64,000 nt of DNA from an uncultured Actinomycetes bacterium (GTDB lineage Bacteria; Actinomycetota; UBA4738; HRBIN12), in NCBI GenBank assembly GCA_963797635.1, contig CAWCPZ010000011.1, forward strand, positions 386,667 to 450,666, written 5' to 3'. Position numbers and translations under genes: made by a program. The notes below the pieces were generated by a model that saw nothing but the letters and a program-made list of their open reading frames with translations, was not told the DNA's origin and made no database searches. Within the stretch, counting starts at the first letter, position 1, and every line of letters starts with the position of its first letter. Of the stretch, positions 10,072 to 19,571 are shown piece by piece.

Positions 10072-10341
10072 TCAGGCGGCGGGCGGTTCGTCAGGTTCGC
10101 CGGTTGCGACCGGCAGATCGTTGTCGGCCCGCAGCTGGGCCTCGCGCTCGGCCATGGCCTGCTTGCCCTCTTGGATCGACTCGGAGACCAGCTTCGAGAA
10201 GTCGAGCAGACCGCCTTTGGCCTCGCGCGCCAGGGACTGCGGCGCGACGCGTTGCGCCTGCTTCTTGGTCCAGCGGCTGGCCATGATGGCGCCGGTGGCG
10301 CCGGCGCCGAGGCCCAACGCGACCCAGAACCCTCGCTTCAC
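10072..10341 (-). CDS. small conserved membrane protein (one TM helix, KQAQ/E-rich coiled tail)
   Basis: 89 aa; MKRGFWVALGLGAGATGAIMA...; 4-nt overlap with the upstream gene; conserved actinobacterial position next to alaS. Confidence 0.55.
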   Translation of the reverse strand: MKRGFWVALGLGAGATGAIMASRWTKKQAQRVAPQSLAREAKGGLLDFSKLVSESIQEGKQAMAEREAQLRADNDLPVATGEPDEPPAA

Positions 10342-10712
10342 TGCTTGCGGCCACCCCGGGCCCGCGAGAAGCCCTTCTTCAGACCGGCACCCACGCTGAT
10401 GATCTTCACGAGCGGGCTCGCGGCGGCCTGTTCGGCCAAGCCGGAGAGCTTCTCGACGCGGCCAACGACCTCGGTGGCCGAGACCAGCATCGTGTCGACC
10501 CGATCGAGCTCGCGGTTGGTCCGCTCCACCGTTCCCTGGACCTCGCGCAGGAGCGGCACGACCTCTTCGCGCATCGTGTCGATCGTCATCTTCGTGCTCT
10601 CGAGCACGCGGAAGGTGTTGAGCAGCACGACCAGCAGGCCCAGGACCAGCAGGGCCCAGAAGACGGCCACGATCGTGAGGGCCGTGTCGCCGGACATCGC
10701 CAGGAGTGTCAT
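10338..10712 (-). CDS. DUF948-like membrane protein
   Basis: 124 aa; N-terminal TM helix followed by a coiled region (TIDTMREEVVPLLREVQGTVERTNRELDRVD). Confidence 0.55.
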   Translation of the reverse strand: MTLLAMSGDTALTIVAVFWALLVLGLLVVLLNTFRVLESTKMTIDTMREEVVPLLREVQGTVERTNRELDRVDTMLVSATEVVGRVEKLSGLAEQAAASPLVKIISVGAGLKKGFSRARGGRKQ

Positions 10713-10793
10713 CGTTCCTCGAGCCTTTCGTCGGTCGCCTGCGGTTGGTCCGCGTAGCCTACCCGACGCCGCGGGGGACCCGGATGTCGCCGC

Positions 10794-12074
10794 TCACGCG
10801 TCCCGATCCTCGGTCTCCTCCTCGGCTTTCTGGCCCGTCCCGGGGATGCGGGCGACGTCACGCCCCTGGCCCGACGGCTCGTAGTAGCGCTTGCCCTGGA
10901 ACGTGGTGGGGCGATACTCCTGGTCCACCGCATGACCCGGGAAATCGTGAGGGTAGCGATAGCCCTCACCGTGGCCGAGCTGCTTCGCTCCCCGGTAGCT
11001 GGCGTCGCGCAGGTGCAGCGGCACCGGCTCGGCGCCGGGCGCGTCCTCCATCGCTCGCGAGATGGCCGTGTAGACGCTGTTGGACTTCGGGGCCGTCGCC
11101 AGGTAGATCGTGGCGTGCGCCAGGTTGAGGCGCGCCTCGGGCAGCCCCACGTGCTCCACGGCTTGGGCCGCCGCGATCGCCACGACCAACGCCACGGAGT
11201 CGGCCAGGCCGATGTCCTCGCTGGCGTGGACGATCAGCCGGCGGGCGATGAACCTCGGGTCCTCACCGGCCTCGATCATCCGGGCGAGCCAGAAGAGCGC
11301 ACCGTCGGGATCGGATCCACGGATCGACTTGATGAACGCGCTGATCACGTCGTAGTGCGCATCGCCCTGGCGGTCGTAGACGATCGCCTTCTTCTGCACG
11401 GCGTCGGCGGCGACATCGCGGGTGATCTCGGTGGTCCCGGCCTGCACCGCGGCGAGGGCAGCCGCGTCCAGCCCTGTGAGCCCCACCCGAGCGTCGCCGC
11501 CGGACACGGTCACCAGGTGTGCGAGGGCGTCATCGGCGATCGTGAGGTGGTGACGGCCGAGGCCACGGTCCTCGTCGGCGAGCGCGCGGCGCAGCAAGGT
11601 GGCGAGCTCCTCGTCGCCGAGCGGGTCGAGCCGCAGCAGGAGACAGCGCGAGAGCAGCGGGGTGTTCAACGAGAAGTAGGGGTTCTCGGTGGTGGCGCCG
11701 ATCAGCGTGACGATGCCCTCTTCCACCGCCGGAAGCAGCACGTCCTGCTGCGCCTTCGACCAGCGGTGCACCTCGTCGACGAACAGCACCGTCCGGAACA
11801 TCCCGCCCTTGGCGCCTTGCATCACCTTGCGCGCATCGGCCACGCCGGAAGAGACCGCCGAGAGCTGGATCAGATCGGCGCCCACCGCGTTGGCGAGCAG
11901 ATGCGCCAGGGTGGTCTTGCCGGTGCCCGCCGGCCCCCACAGGATGATCGACGGGAGGTTGCCGCCGGCGAGCAATCGCGAGAGCGCGGTGCCCTCGCCC
12001 ACCAGGTGGGCCTGCCCTTCGTACTCCTCGAACGTCCGAGGGCGCATGCGCGCGGCGAGCGGTTGATCGCTCAC
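10794..12074 (-). CDS. rarA: replication-associated recombination protein A (AAA+ ATPase RarA/MgsA)
   Basis: 426 aa; MRPRTFEEYEGQAHLVGEG, Walker A GPAGTGKTT, VLFVDEVHRWSKAQQD. Confidence 0.9.
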   Translation of the reverse strand: MSDQPLAARMRPRTFEEYEGQAHLVGEGTALSRLLAGGNLPSIILWGPAGTGKTTLAHLLANAVGADLIQLSAVSSGVADARKVMQGAKGGMFRTVLFVDEVHRWSKAQQDVLLPAVEEGIVTLIGATTENPYFSLNTPLLSRCLLLRLDPLGDEELATLLRRALADEDRGLGRHHLTIADDALAHLVTVSGGDARVGLTGLDAAALAAVQAGTTEITRDVAADAVQKKAIVYDRQGDAHYDVISAFIKSIRGSDPDGALFWLARMIEAGEDPRFIARRLIVHASEDIGLADSVALVVAIAAAQAVEHVGLPEARLNLAHATIYLATAPKSNSVYTAISRAMEDAPGAEPVPLHLRDASYRGAKQLGHGEGYRYPHDFPGHAVDQEYRPTTFQGKRYYEPSGQGRDVARIPGTGQKAEEETEDRDA

Positions 12075-12102
12075 GGGCGTTCGAGCATCCCCGACGCGCT
12101 CC

Positions 12103-12498
12103 CTACGTCCAACCGAGGACGTGGTCGGGCCTGATCACCAGCAGGAGGCGCACCTGACCCTCGACCGGGGTCCACGCCTCCCCGTCGTAGGCGAGGGCGA
12201 GTTCCTGCATGTGCTCGGCGGCGCCCTCGGTGGTGATGTCGACGACGGTGCCGACGACGGCGATCGGCGGATGCGGGTGCTCCTTGTCGTGGATCGCCAC
12301 CGACACGCGCGGATCGCGCCGCACGTTCTCGACCTTCACGCGGCCGTCGGCGGTGTTGAGCACGATCATGCCGTCGCGGGTGTCGGCCCACAGCGGCGAC
12401 AGGTGCGGTGAACCGTCCTCGTTGATCGTGGCGAGGTAGGCCAGGTTGGGCGGACCGAAGACCGCGAGTTGTTCGGGCGTGAGCTCAGCCATCGACAT
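12103..12498 (-). CDS. PPOX-class (pyridoxamine 5'-phosphate oxidase-like) F420/FMN-binding split-barrel protein
   Basis: 131 aa; LAYLATINEDGSPHLSPLWAD...IVLNTADGRVKVENVRRDPRVSVAIHD. Confidence 0.7.
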   Translation of the reverse strand: MSMAELTPEQLAVFGPPNLAYLATINEDGSPHLSPLWADTRDGMIVLNTADGRVKVENVRRDPRVSVAIHDKEHPHPPIAVVGTVVDITTEGAAEHMQELALAYDGEAWTPVEGQVRLLLVIRPDHVLGWT

Positions 12499-14275
12499 CC
12501 TCCTTGGTCGTGGCGGGTTCGGCGGCCTTCGGCGGGTGCGCCAGACGGATGCCGAGCTCGCGAAGTTGGTCCTCGTCCACCGGGGCGGGAGCGCCGGTGA
12601 GCGGGTCGCCGCCCGACTGGGATTTCGGGAACGCGATGACGTCGCGGATCGCGTCCTTGCCCGCCATGATCATCACGAGGCGGTCGACCCCCATCGCGAT
12701 CCCGCCGTGCGGCGGCGCGCCGAGCCGGAGCGCCCCGATCAGGTGACCGAACTCGTCGTCGATCTGTTCGGCGGTGAGTCCGAGGTTCTCGAAGATCCGT
12801 CGTTGGACGTCGGCCTGGTGGATCCGGATGCTGCCGCCGCCGATCTCGAACCCGTTCAGCACCAGGTCGTAGGCTCGAGCCTTCGCGGTCTCGGGCGTCA
12901 GGTCATCGCCGGCCGGGGAGGTGAACGGGTGATGCACCGACACCCAGCGGCCCTCCTCGTCGCTCCATTCGAACAGCGGCGGCTCGACCATCCAGCAGAA
13001 CGTCCAGGCGTTCTCGGGGATGAGGTCGAGTCTGACGGCAAGGTCGCGCCGAAGGCCGTCGAGGGCCACGTTGGCCCGGTCGGTGCGGTCGGCAACGATG
13101 CACACCAGGTCGCCTTCAGCGGCCCCGGTCGCGGCCACGATGCCGGCGATCTCTTCAGGGCTCAGGAACTTCTCCACCGGCGACCGGACCGCGCCGTCGG
13201 CTTCGACGACGAGCCACACGAGGCCGGCGGCGCCACGGCCCTTGGCCTCTTCGATCAGCTTGTCGAGCTCCTTGCGCGAGAACGACCCCGCGCCCGGCGC
13301 CGCCAGGGCCTTGATCGCACCCCCGTCGGCCAGCACCTTCGCGAACGCGTTGAACCCCGTCCGGGCGAACACCGGCCCGAGATCCACCAGCTCCATGCCG
13401 TATCGGAGGTCAGGCTTGTCCGATCCGTACCGCTGCATCATCTCGGCGTAGGTCATGCGCGGGAACGGCACGGCCACCTCGACCCCCGCGATGTCCTGCA
13501 CGATCCGCGCGTACAGCGGCTCGATCAGGGCGATCAGGTCCTCTTCGGTGACGAAGCTCATCTCCACGTCGAGTTGGGTGAACTCGAACCCGCGATCGGC
13601 GCGCGAGGCCTCGTCGCGGAGGCAACGCACGATCTGGTAGTACCGGTCCTGGCCGCCCACCATCAGCATCTGCTTCAGCTGTTGGGGCGACTGCGGCAGC
13701 GCGTAGAACGTGCCCGGCTGCAGGCGGCTCGGCACCAGGAAGTCGCGCGAACCCTCCGGGGTGCTGCGCGTCAGCAAGGGGGTCTCGATCTCGACGAACC
13801 CCAGCCCGTCCATGTGCTCCCGCATCAGCTGCACGATGCGGGCACGCATCGCCAGCACCTTCGTCATCTCGGGCCGGCGCAGGTCGAGGTAGCGGTAGGT
13901 GAGCCGGAGGTCCTCGCCCACCTCGATGCGGTCCTCGATCGGGAACGGCGGCGTCTCGGACGGGTTCAGCACCTCGAGCTCGGCCGCGACGACCTCGACC
14001 TCACCGGTGGCGAGTTCGGGGTTCTGCATGCCGTCGGGACGGGCGCGCACCGTGCCGGTCACCCGGACGACGTCCTCGCCCCCCAGTTTCTGGGCGCCGG
14101 TGTGCGCCTCGGGAGCGTCCTCGGGATGGAACACGACCTGCACCACGCCGTGGCGGTCGCGAAGGTCGATGAAGGTGACGCCGCCGTGATCGCGGCGGTG
14201 CGCCACCCAGCCGCACAGGGTCACCTCGGCCCCGGCGTCGGCGGCACGCAGTTCGCCGCAGGCGTGGGTTCGCAT
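12485..14275 (-). CDS. aspS: aspartate--tRNA ligase
   Basis: ORF 12485..14296; MRTHACGELR start region, class II motifs (FYALPQSPQQLKQMLMV, PPHGGIAMGVDRLVM). Confidence 0.95.
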   Translation of the reverse strand: MRTHACGELRAADAGAEVTLCGWVAHRRDHGGVTFIDLRDRHGVVQVVFHPEDAPEAHTGAQKLGGEDVVRVTGTVRARPDGMQNPELATGEVEVVAAELEVLNPSETPPFPIEDRIEVGEDLRLTYRYLDLRRPEMTKVLAMRARIVQLMREHMDGLGFVEIETPLLTRSTPEGSRDFLVPSRLQPGTFYALPQSPQQLKQMLMVGGQDRYYQIVRCLRDEASRADRGFEFTQLDVEMSFVTEEDLIALIEPLYARIVQDIAGVEVAVPFPRMTYAEMMQRYGSDKPDLRYGMELVDLGPVFARTGFNAFAKVLADGGAIKALAAPGAGSFSRKELDKLIEEAKGRGAAGLVWLVVEADGAVRSPVEKFLSPEEIAGIVAATGAAEGDLVCIVADRTDRANVALDGLRRDLAVRLDLIPENAWTFCWMVEPPLFEWSDEEGRWVSVHHPFTSPAGDDLTPETAKARAYDLVLNGFEIGGGSIRIHQADVQRRIFENLGLTAEQIDDEFGHLIGALRLGAPPHGGIAMGVDRLVMIMAGKDAIRDVIAFPKSQSGGDPLTGAPAPVDEDQLRELGIRLAHPPKAAEPATTKEDVDG

Positions 14276-14297
14276 GGTGGTTCGCATCGTGGTCATC

Positions 14298-15578
14298 TCA
14301 TCCGATCCAGTCGTCGAGTCGCGTGAGCCATCGGGACACCTCGCCGGCGGGGACCGTCTTCTGGATGCCGTCCGCGAGGCGTCGCAGGGTCACGACCCCC
14401 TCGGCGAGCTCGCGCTCCCCGATGATCGCGACGAACGCGGCGCCCGAGCGGTCGGCCTGCTTCAGCTGGGCCTTCAACGGACGTTCCTCGAACGCCCGCA
14501 CCGCCGGCACCCCGGCATCCCGCAGGATCTCCACCAGGCGCCGACCTTCCGTCTGCGACCGGTCCCCGATCGCCACCACGAAACAGCGAGGGGTGCGAGC
14601 GGCCGGCACGGGGACCCCCTCGCCCTCCATGGCCAGGAGGACGCGATCCAGTCCCATGGCGAAGCCGACCCCGGGCGTGGGCTGGCCGCCGAGCTGCTCG
14701 GCGAGCCCGTCGTAGCGGCCGCCGGCGTTGATGGTGCCGGCCTTGTTCTCGGCGAGCACGCCCGAGATCCACTCGAACGCCGTGCGGGTGTAGTAGTCGA
14801 GGCCCCTCACCAATCGCGGGTCGAGCTCGTAGGGCACGCCGGCCTCGTCGAGCCCGGCGCGGACCGCCACGAAGTGCTGGGCGCAGGGCTCGCACAAGCG
14901 GTCGGCGATCGTGGGCGCCGCGAGCACGAAGTCCTTCTCTCCGTCGACCTTGCAGTCGAACACCCGCAGGGGGTTCTTCTCCAGGCGCTCGCGACAGTCG
15001 CGGTCGAGCTGATCGCGGAACGGCTCGAAGTAGGCGACGAGTTCCGCCCGGTAGGCGGGGCGGCACACCTCGTCTCCGATCGAGTTGAGGTGCAGCACCA
15101 CGTCGCGCAGCCCCCGTTCGCGCAGGTAGCGGTCGCCCATCGTGATCACCTCGATGTCGGCGCCCGGGGCCTCGACGCCCAGGACCTCGACGTCGAACTG
15201 GCGGAACTCCCGCAGGCGACCGGCCTGGGGACGGCCATGGCGGAACTCGTTGGCGACCGCGTACGCTCGCCACGGGGCCCCCAGCGCCTGCGCGCGATCG
15301 AGCCAGGCTCGCACGACACCGGCCGTGCTCTCCGGACGGAGCGTCACCGAACGACCGCCCTTGTCCTCGAACGTGTACATCTCCTTGGTCACCACGTCGG
15401 AGGTGTCGCCGGACGTGCGCGCGAACACCTCGGTGTCCTCGAACGTCGGCGTCTCGACGTACCGGAAGCCGAAGAGCCGCGCCAGCTCGTGGGCGGCCTC
15501 GTACAGGCCGAGCATCGCGTCGGAGCGGTCCGGCAGCAGGTCCTGGGTGCCGCGGGGCGGCGCGAGGTCGGTGCCCAT
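14298..15578 (-). CDS. hisS: histidine--tRNA ligase (true start at MGTDLAPPRGTQDLLP; upstream 119 codons of the track ORF are read-through over the MBL gene)
   Basis: Class II motifs (RYDGLAEQLGG, GFAMGLDRVLLAM); the ATG overlaps the stop of the upstream MBL gene by 1 nt (TGATG). Confidence 0.92.
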   Translation of the reverse strand: MGTDLAPPRGTQDLLPDRSDAMLGLYEAAHELARLFGFRYVETPTFEDTEVFARTSGDTSDVVTKEMYTFEDKGGRSVTLRPESTAGVVRAWLDRAQALGAPWRAYAVANEFRHGRPQAGRLREFRQFDVEVLGVEAPGADIEVITMGDRYLRERGLRDVVLHLNSIGDEVCRPAYRAELVAYFEPFRDQLDRDCRERLEKNPLRVFDCKVDGEKDFVLAAPTIADRLCEPCAQHFVAVRAGLDEAGVPYELDPRLVRGLDYYTRTAFEWISGVLAENKAGTINAGGRYDGLAEQLGGQPTPGVGFAMGLDRVLLAMEGEGVPVPAARTPRCFVVAIGDRSQTEGRRLVEILRDAGVPAVRAFEERPLKAQLKQADRSGAAFVAIIGERELAEGVVTLRRLADGIQKTVPAGEVSRWLTRLDDWIG

Positions 15579-16201
15579 CAGACCAACTCCTGCAGGAACG
15601 GGTTGGAGGCGCGCTCCCGGCCCACGGTGGTGTCGGGTCCGTGCCCCGGCAGCACCGGCAGCGCATCGGGCAACGTGAGGAACCGTCGCAGGCTGGCCTG
15701 CATCGCGCCGGGATCGCTGTTCGGCAGATCCGACCGGCCGATCGAGCCGGCGAACACCAGGTCGCCGGCGAACAGCACGACGTCGCCGTCCACCCGGAAG
15801 GAACAGTGCCCGGGCGTGTGACCGGGCGTGTGCATGACCTCCAGGGAGCAGCCCGCGAACCGAAGCACGTCGCCATCGGCGATCGTCCGCAGGTCCTTCA
15901 CCGGGGTGAGCGGGTTGTCGAAGCCTGCGTTCCAAGCGATCTCGTCGGTGAAGGCCACGGCGTCGGCCTCGTGCACGAAGACCGGGAGCTCACCGGCGAA
16001 GTCGCCGGCGGCCGCGGCGTGATCGACGTGCGCGTGGGTCGCCAGGATCGCGACCGGGGTCTTGCCGGCGGCTCGGAGCATCGCGTGCACGGCCTCCGGC
16101 TCGAACCCGGGGTCGACCACCACGGCGTCGTCACTGCCCTCGGCCGAGAGCAGCCAGCAGTTCGTCCCGTAGGGGTTCGCGTTGAAGACCTGGAGCCACA
16201 T
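15578..16201 (-). CDS. MBL-fold metallo-hydrolase (glyoxalase II-like)
   Basis: 207 aa; HAHVDHAAAAGD, MHTPGHTPGHCSF; conserved neighbour of hisS in actinobacteria. Confidence 0.85.
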   Translation of the reverse strand: MWLQVFNANPYGTNCWLLSAEGSDDAVVVDPGFEPEAVHAMLRAAGKTPVAILATHAHVDHAAAAGDFAGELPVFVHEADAVAFTDEIAWNAGFDNPLTPVKDLRTIADGDVLRFAGCSLEVMHTPGHTPGHCSFRVDGDVVLFAGDLVFAGSIGRSDLPNSDPGAMQASLRRFLTLPDALPVLPGHGPDTTVGRERASNPFLQELV

Positions 16202-16241
16202 CAGGCGGTCATGCTAACGGACCACCTCGGGAGCCCATGGG

Positions 16242-16688
16242 TCAGAGCAGGTCCGCGTCCAGGATCAGCGTGAACGGACCGTCGTTGGTGAGCTCGACCT
16301 CCATGTCGGCGCCGAACACCCCACGCTCGACCGGTACCCCGTGCGCCTCGAGGGCCACGGCGAAGGCCTCGACCATGGCGGCCGCGCGTTCGGGATCCTC
16401 GGCCGGCGTCCACGACGGACGGCGGCCTTTCCGCACGTCGCCGTACAGGGTGAACTGCGACACCACGAGCGCGGCCCCGGCGACGTCGGCGATGGCCAGG
16501 TTGGTCTTGCCGTCGGCGTCGGCGAACACGCGCAGGGTCGCCACCTTGTCGGCCAGCCTGCCGGCGTGCTCGTCGGGATCGCCGCGGCCGACGCCCACCA
16601 GCAGGAGCAGTCCACGGCCGATCTCCCCCACGGCAGCGCCGTCCACGGACACGCGAGCGCGCGCGACACGCTGCAGCACGACGCGCAT
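16242..16688 (-). CDS. dtd: D-aminoacyl-tRNA deacylase
   Basis: 148 aa; MRVVLQRVARARVSVDG...SQFTLYGD...GPFTLILDA. Confidence 0.9.
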   Translation of the reverse strand: MRVVLQRVARARVSVDGAAVGEIGRGLLLLVGVGRGDPDEHAGRLADKVATLRVFADADGKTNLAIADVAGAALVVSQFTLYGDVRKGRRPSWTPAEDPERAAAMVEAFAVALEAHGVPVERGVFGADMEVELTNDGPFTLILDADLL

Positions 16689-16692
16689 GGGA

Positions 16693-18981
16693 CTAGCTGG
16701 GCACCACGCGGTAGGCGTCGTAGACGCTGTCGACGCGCTTGGCGGCCGCGAGCACGCTGGACAGGTGCGCGATGTCGGCCAGCTCGAACGTGAACCGCAG
16801 TCGCGTGATCCGGTCCTTCCCGGTGGAACTGGTGGCCGCCAGGATGTTGACGTGGTTGTCCGAGAGCACGGTGGCCACGTCGGACAGCAACCGCGTGCGG
16901 TCGAGCGCCTCCACCTGGATCGCCACGGTGAACGAGGTGGGCTTGCCCTCCGACCAGGTCACCTCGATCAGGCGCTCGGGCTGCTGGCGGAGCGACTTCA
17001 CGTTCGGACAGTCGGTGCGATGCACGCTGACCCCTTGGCCCCGGGTGACGAACCCGAGGATCTCATCGCCCGGCACCGGCGTGCAGCACCGGCCCAGCCG
17101 CACCCACACGTCGCCGAGCCCGCGGACCACGACGCCCTTCGAGACGTCGGCCGGCCCCAGCCGGACGGGCCGTGCGAGGGGGACCTCGATCTCGTCCTCG
17201 TCGGTGGTGCCCGAGACCGAACGCGCCACCCGCGCCACCACCGATTGCGGCGACACGTGGCCCTCCCCCACCGCGACGTACAGCGCCTCGAGGTTCGGGT
17301 ACTTCAGCTCGGTGGCGACCTGGGTGAGCGAGGCTTCGGTGGCGAGCCGCTTGATGGGCAGGCGCTCCTTGCGCATCAACCGTTGGACGGCGTCGCGCCC
17401 CTGCTCCAGAGCGTCCTCGCGGCGCCCTCGCGAGAACCACTGCCGGATCTTCGACCGTGCTCGCGGCGTCTTGACGAACTGCAACCAGTCCTGCGACGGC
17501 CCCTCGCCCTGGGCCTTGGAGGTCAGGACGTCGACGGCGTCGCCGGTCTGGAGCTCGTAGTCGAGCGGCACCAGCTTGCCCCCCACCTTGGCGCCGATCG
17601 TGCGGTGACCCACGTCGGTGTGGATGGCGTAGGCGAAGTCCACCGGCGTGGCACCGGCCGGCAGGTTCACCACGTCGCCCTTCGGCGTGAACACGAAGAC
17701 CTGCCCCCCGTAGAGGTCGATCTTCAGGCCCTCCATGAACTCCCGAGGGTCGGCCATGTCCTTCAGCCACTCCATCATCTGCCCGAGCCAGACCATGTCG
17801 GCGGCGTCCTTCGCCTGCTTGCCGCCCTCCTTGTAGCGCCAGTGCGCCGCGATGCCGAACTTGGCCGTTCGGTGCATGTCGCGGGTTCGCAGCTGGATCT
17901 CCAGCGGCTTGCCGCCCGGACCCACCACCGTGGTGTGCAGCGACTGGTACATGTTGGACTTGGGCATCGCGATGTAGTCCTTGAAGCGCCCGGGGATGGG
18001 CTTCCACAGGGAGTGGATCGCGCCGAGCGCCGCGTAGCAGTCGCGCGGTGAGTCCACCAGGATGCGCACGCCCACGAGGTCGTAGATCTCGTTGAACTCC
18101 TTGCCCCGCAACACCATCTTCTCGTAGATGGAGTACAGGTGCTTGGGGCGGCCTTCGACCTCGGCCTTGACCCCGAGCTCTTTCAGCTTGGCGCGCGACT
18201 CGGTGGTGACCTGTTCGATCAACGCGGTGCGTTCGCCGCGGCGCGCATCGACCAGGCTCGCGATCTCGCGGTAGGGCCCGGGGTGCAGCGCCTTGAACGA
18301 GAGGTCCTCGAGCTCCCACTTCAGCTCCTGGACACCGAGGCGATGCGCGAGCGGCGCGTAGATCTCCAGGGTCTCGGTGGCGATGCGGCGCTGCTTGGCT
18401 TCGGGGAACACGCCCAGCGTGCGCATGTTGTGCAGGCGGTCGGCGAGCTTGATCAGCAACACGCGGATGTCGCCGGCCATCGCCACGATCATCTTGCGGA
18501 CGTTCTCGGCCTGCTCCTGCTCGCGCGTGCGGAACTCGAACCGGTCGAGCTTCGTGAGGCCGTCGACGATGCGCGTGACCTCCTCGCCGAACTCCTCTTC
18601 GATCGCGACGAGCGTGACGTCGGTGTCCTCCACGGTGTCGTGGAGGAGCGCGGCCTCGAGGGTGGTGGTGTCCAGGCGCAGGTCCGCCAGGATCGCGGTG
18701 ACGGCCACGGGATGTTCGATGAAGTCCTCGCCCGACTTGCGCTTCTGCCCCTCGTGCGAGTCCTGGGCGAACATGAACGCCCGCTGGATCTCCTTCAGGT
18801 CGGCCTTCGGGTTGTAGGAGCGGACCTTCTTCAGGACCGGATCGATCAGGCTCGGCGGCCCGGAGTCACCGCGACGCAGGCGCGGGCGCGGGATGTTCGG
18901 CAGGCGTCCACCCCGCCGCGGCTGAGCCGGCGGCGCCGGTGTCTCCTGCTCGTCGAGGGTGACTTCTTCCCTGCTGTCCAC
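16693..18981 (-). CDS. rel: bifunctional (p)ppGpp synthetase/hydrolase Rel (RelA/SpoT family)
   Basis: 762 aa; HD domain (HDTVEDT), synthetase domain, TGS and ACT domains. Confidence 0.95.
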   Translation of the reverse strand: MDSREEVTLDEQETPAPPAQPRRGGRLPNIPRPRLRRGDSGPPSLIDPVLKKVRSYNPKADLKEIQRAFMFAQDSHEGQKRKSGEDFIEHPVAVTAILADLRLDTTTLEAALLHDTVEDTDVTLVAIEEEFGEEVTRIVDGLTKLDRFEFRTREQEQAENVRKMIVAMAGDIRVLLIKLADRLHNMRTLGVFPEAKQRRIATETLEIYAPLAHRLGVQELKWELEDLSFKALHPGPYREIASLVDARRGERTALIEQVTTESRAKLKELGVKAEVEGRPKHLYSIYEKMVLRGKEFNEIYDLVGVRILVDSPRDCYAALGAIHSLWKPIPGRFKDYIAMPKSNMYQSLHTTVVGPGGKPLEIQLRTRDMHRTAKFGIAAHWRYKEGGKQAKDAADMVWLGQMMEWLKDMADPREFMEGLKIDLYGGQVFVFTPKGDVVNLPAGATPVDFAYAIHTDVGHRTIGAKVGGKLVPLDYELQTGDAVDVLTSKAQGEGPSQDWLQFVKTPRARSKIRQWFSRGRREDALEQGRDAVQRLMRKERLPIKRLATEASLTQVATELKYPNLEALYVAVGEGHVSPQSVVARVARSVSGTTDEDEIEVPLARPVRLGPADVSKGVVVRGLGDVWVRLGRCCTPVPGDEILGFVTRGQGVSVHRTDCPNVKSLRQQPERLIEVTWSEGKPTSFTVAIQVEALDRTRLLSDVATVLSDNHVNILAATSSTGKDRITRLRFTFELADIAHLSSVLAAAKRVDSVYDAYRVVPS

Positions 18982-19045
18982 GTGCTGCCTCCCGTACGGC
19001 CAGTGTACGGGGGCGAAGCCGGGTGGAGCGGGACGCCGTGCGCGG

Positions 19046-19567
19046 TCAGTACGTGATCAGGGTGTGGAACTCGTGGTCCTTGATCTTCTCGCGACCCTTG
19101 AGGAACTCGAGTTCGATCATGCACGCGATGCCGCACACGTTGCCGCCCGCCTGCTCGACCAGGGACGCGGCAGCGGCCGCGGTGCCCCCGGTGGCCAGGA
19201 CGTCGTCGACGATCAGGACGCGCTCCCCCGGCTTGATGCCGTCGCGATGCAGCTCGATCGTGGCGGTGCCGTACTCGAGCTCGTACTCCTCGGCGATCGT
19301 CTCGGACGGGAGCTTGCCCGCCTTGCGGATGGGCACGAAGCCGGCCCCGAAGTGGTAGGCAACCGGCGAGGCCAGGATGAACCCCCGCGCCTCGATGCCC
19401 ACCACCTTGTCGACGTTGCCGCGGCCGAAGTGCACCACGATCAGGTCGGTGATCGTGGAGAACGCGATCGGGTCGGCCAGCACCGGGGTGATGTCCTTGA
19501 ACACGATGCCCGGCTCCGGGAAGTCGGGCACGTCGCGGATCAGGGCCTTGATCTCCTCGATCTCCAC
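19046..19567 (-). CDS. apt: adenine phosphoribosyltransferase
   Basis: 173 aa; GIVFKDITPVLAD, PRPP motif VLIVDDVLATGGT. Confidence 0.92.
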   Translation of the reverse strand: MEIEEIKALIRDVPDFPEPGIVFKDITPVLADPIAFSTITDLIVVHFGRGNVDKVVGIEARGFILASPVAYHFGAGFVPIRKAGKLPSETIAEEYELEYGTATIELHRDGIKPGERVLIVDDVLATGGTAAAAASLVEQAGGNVCGIACMIELEFLKGREKIKDHEFHTLITY

Positions 19568-19571
19568 CGGC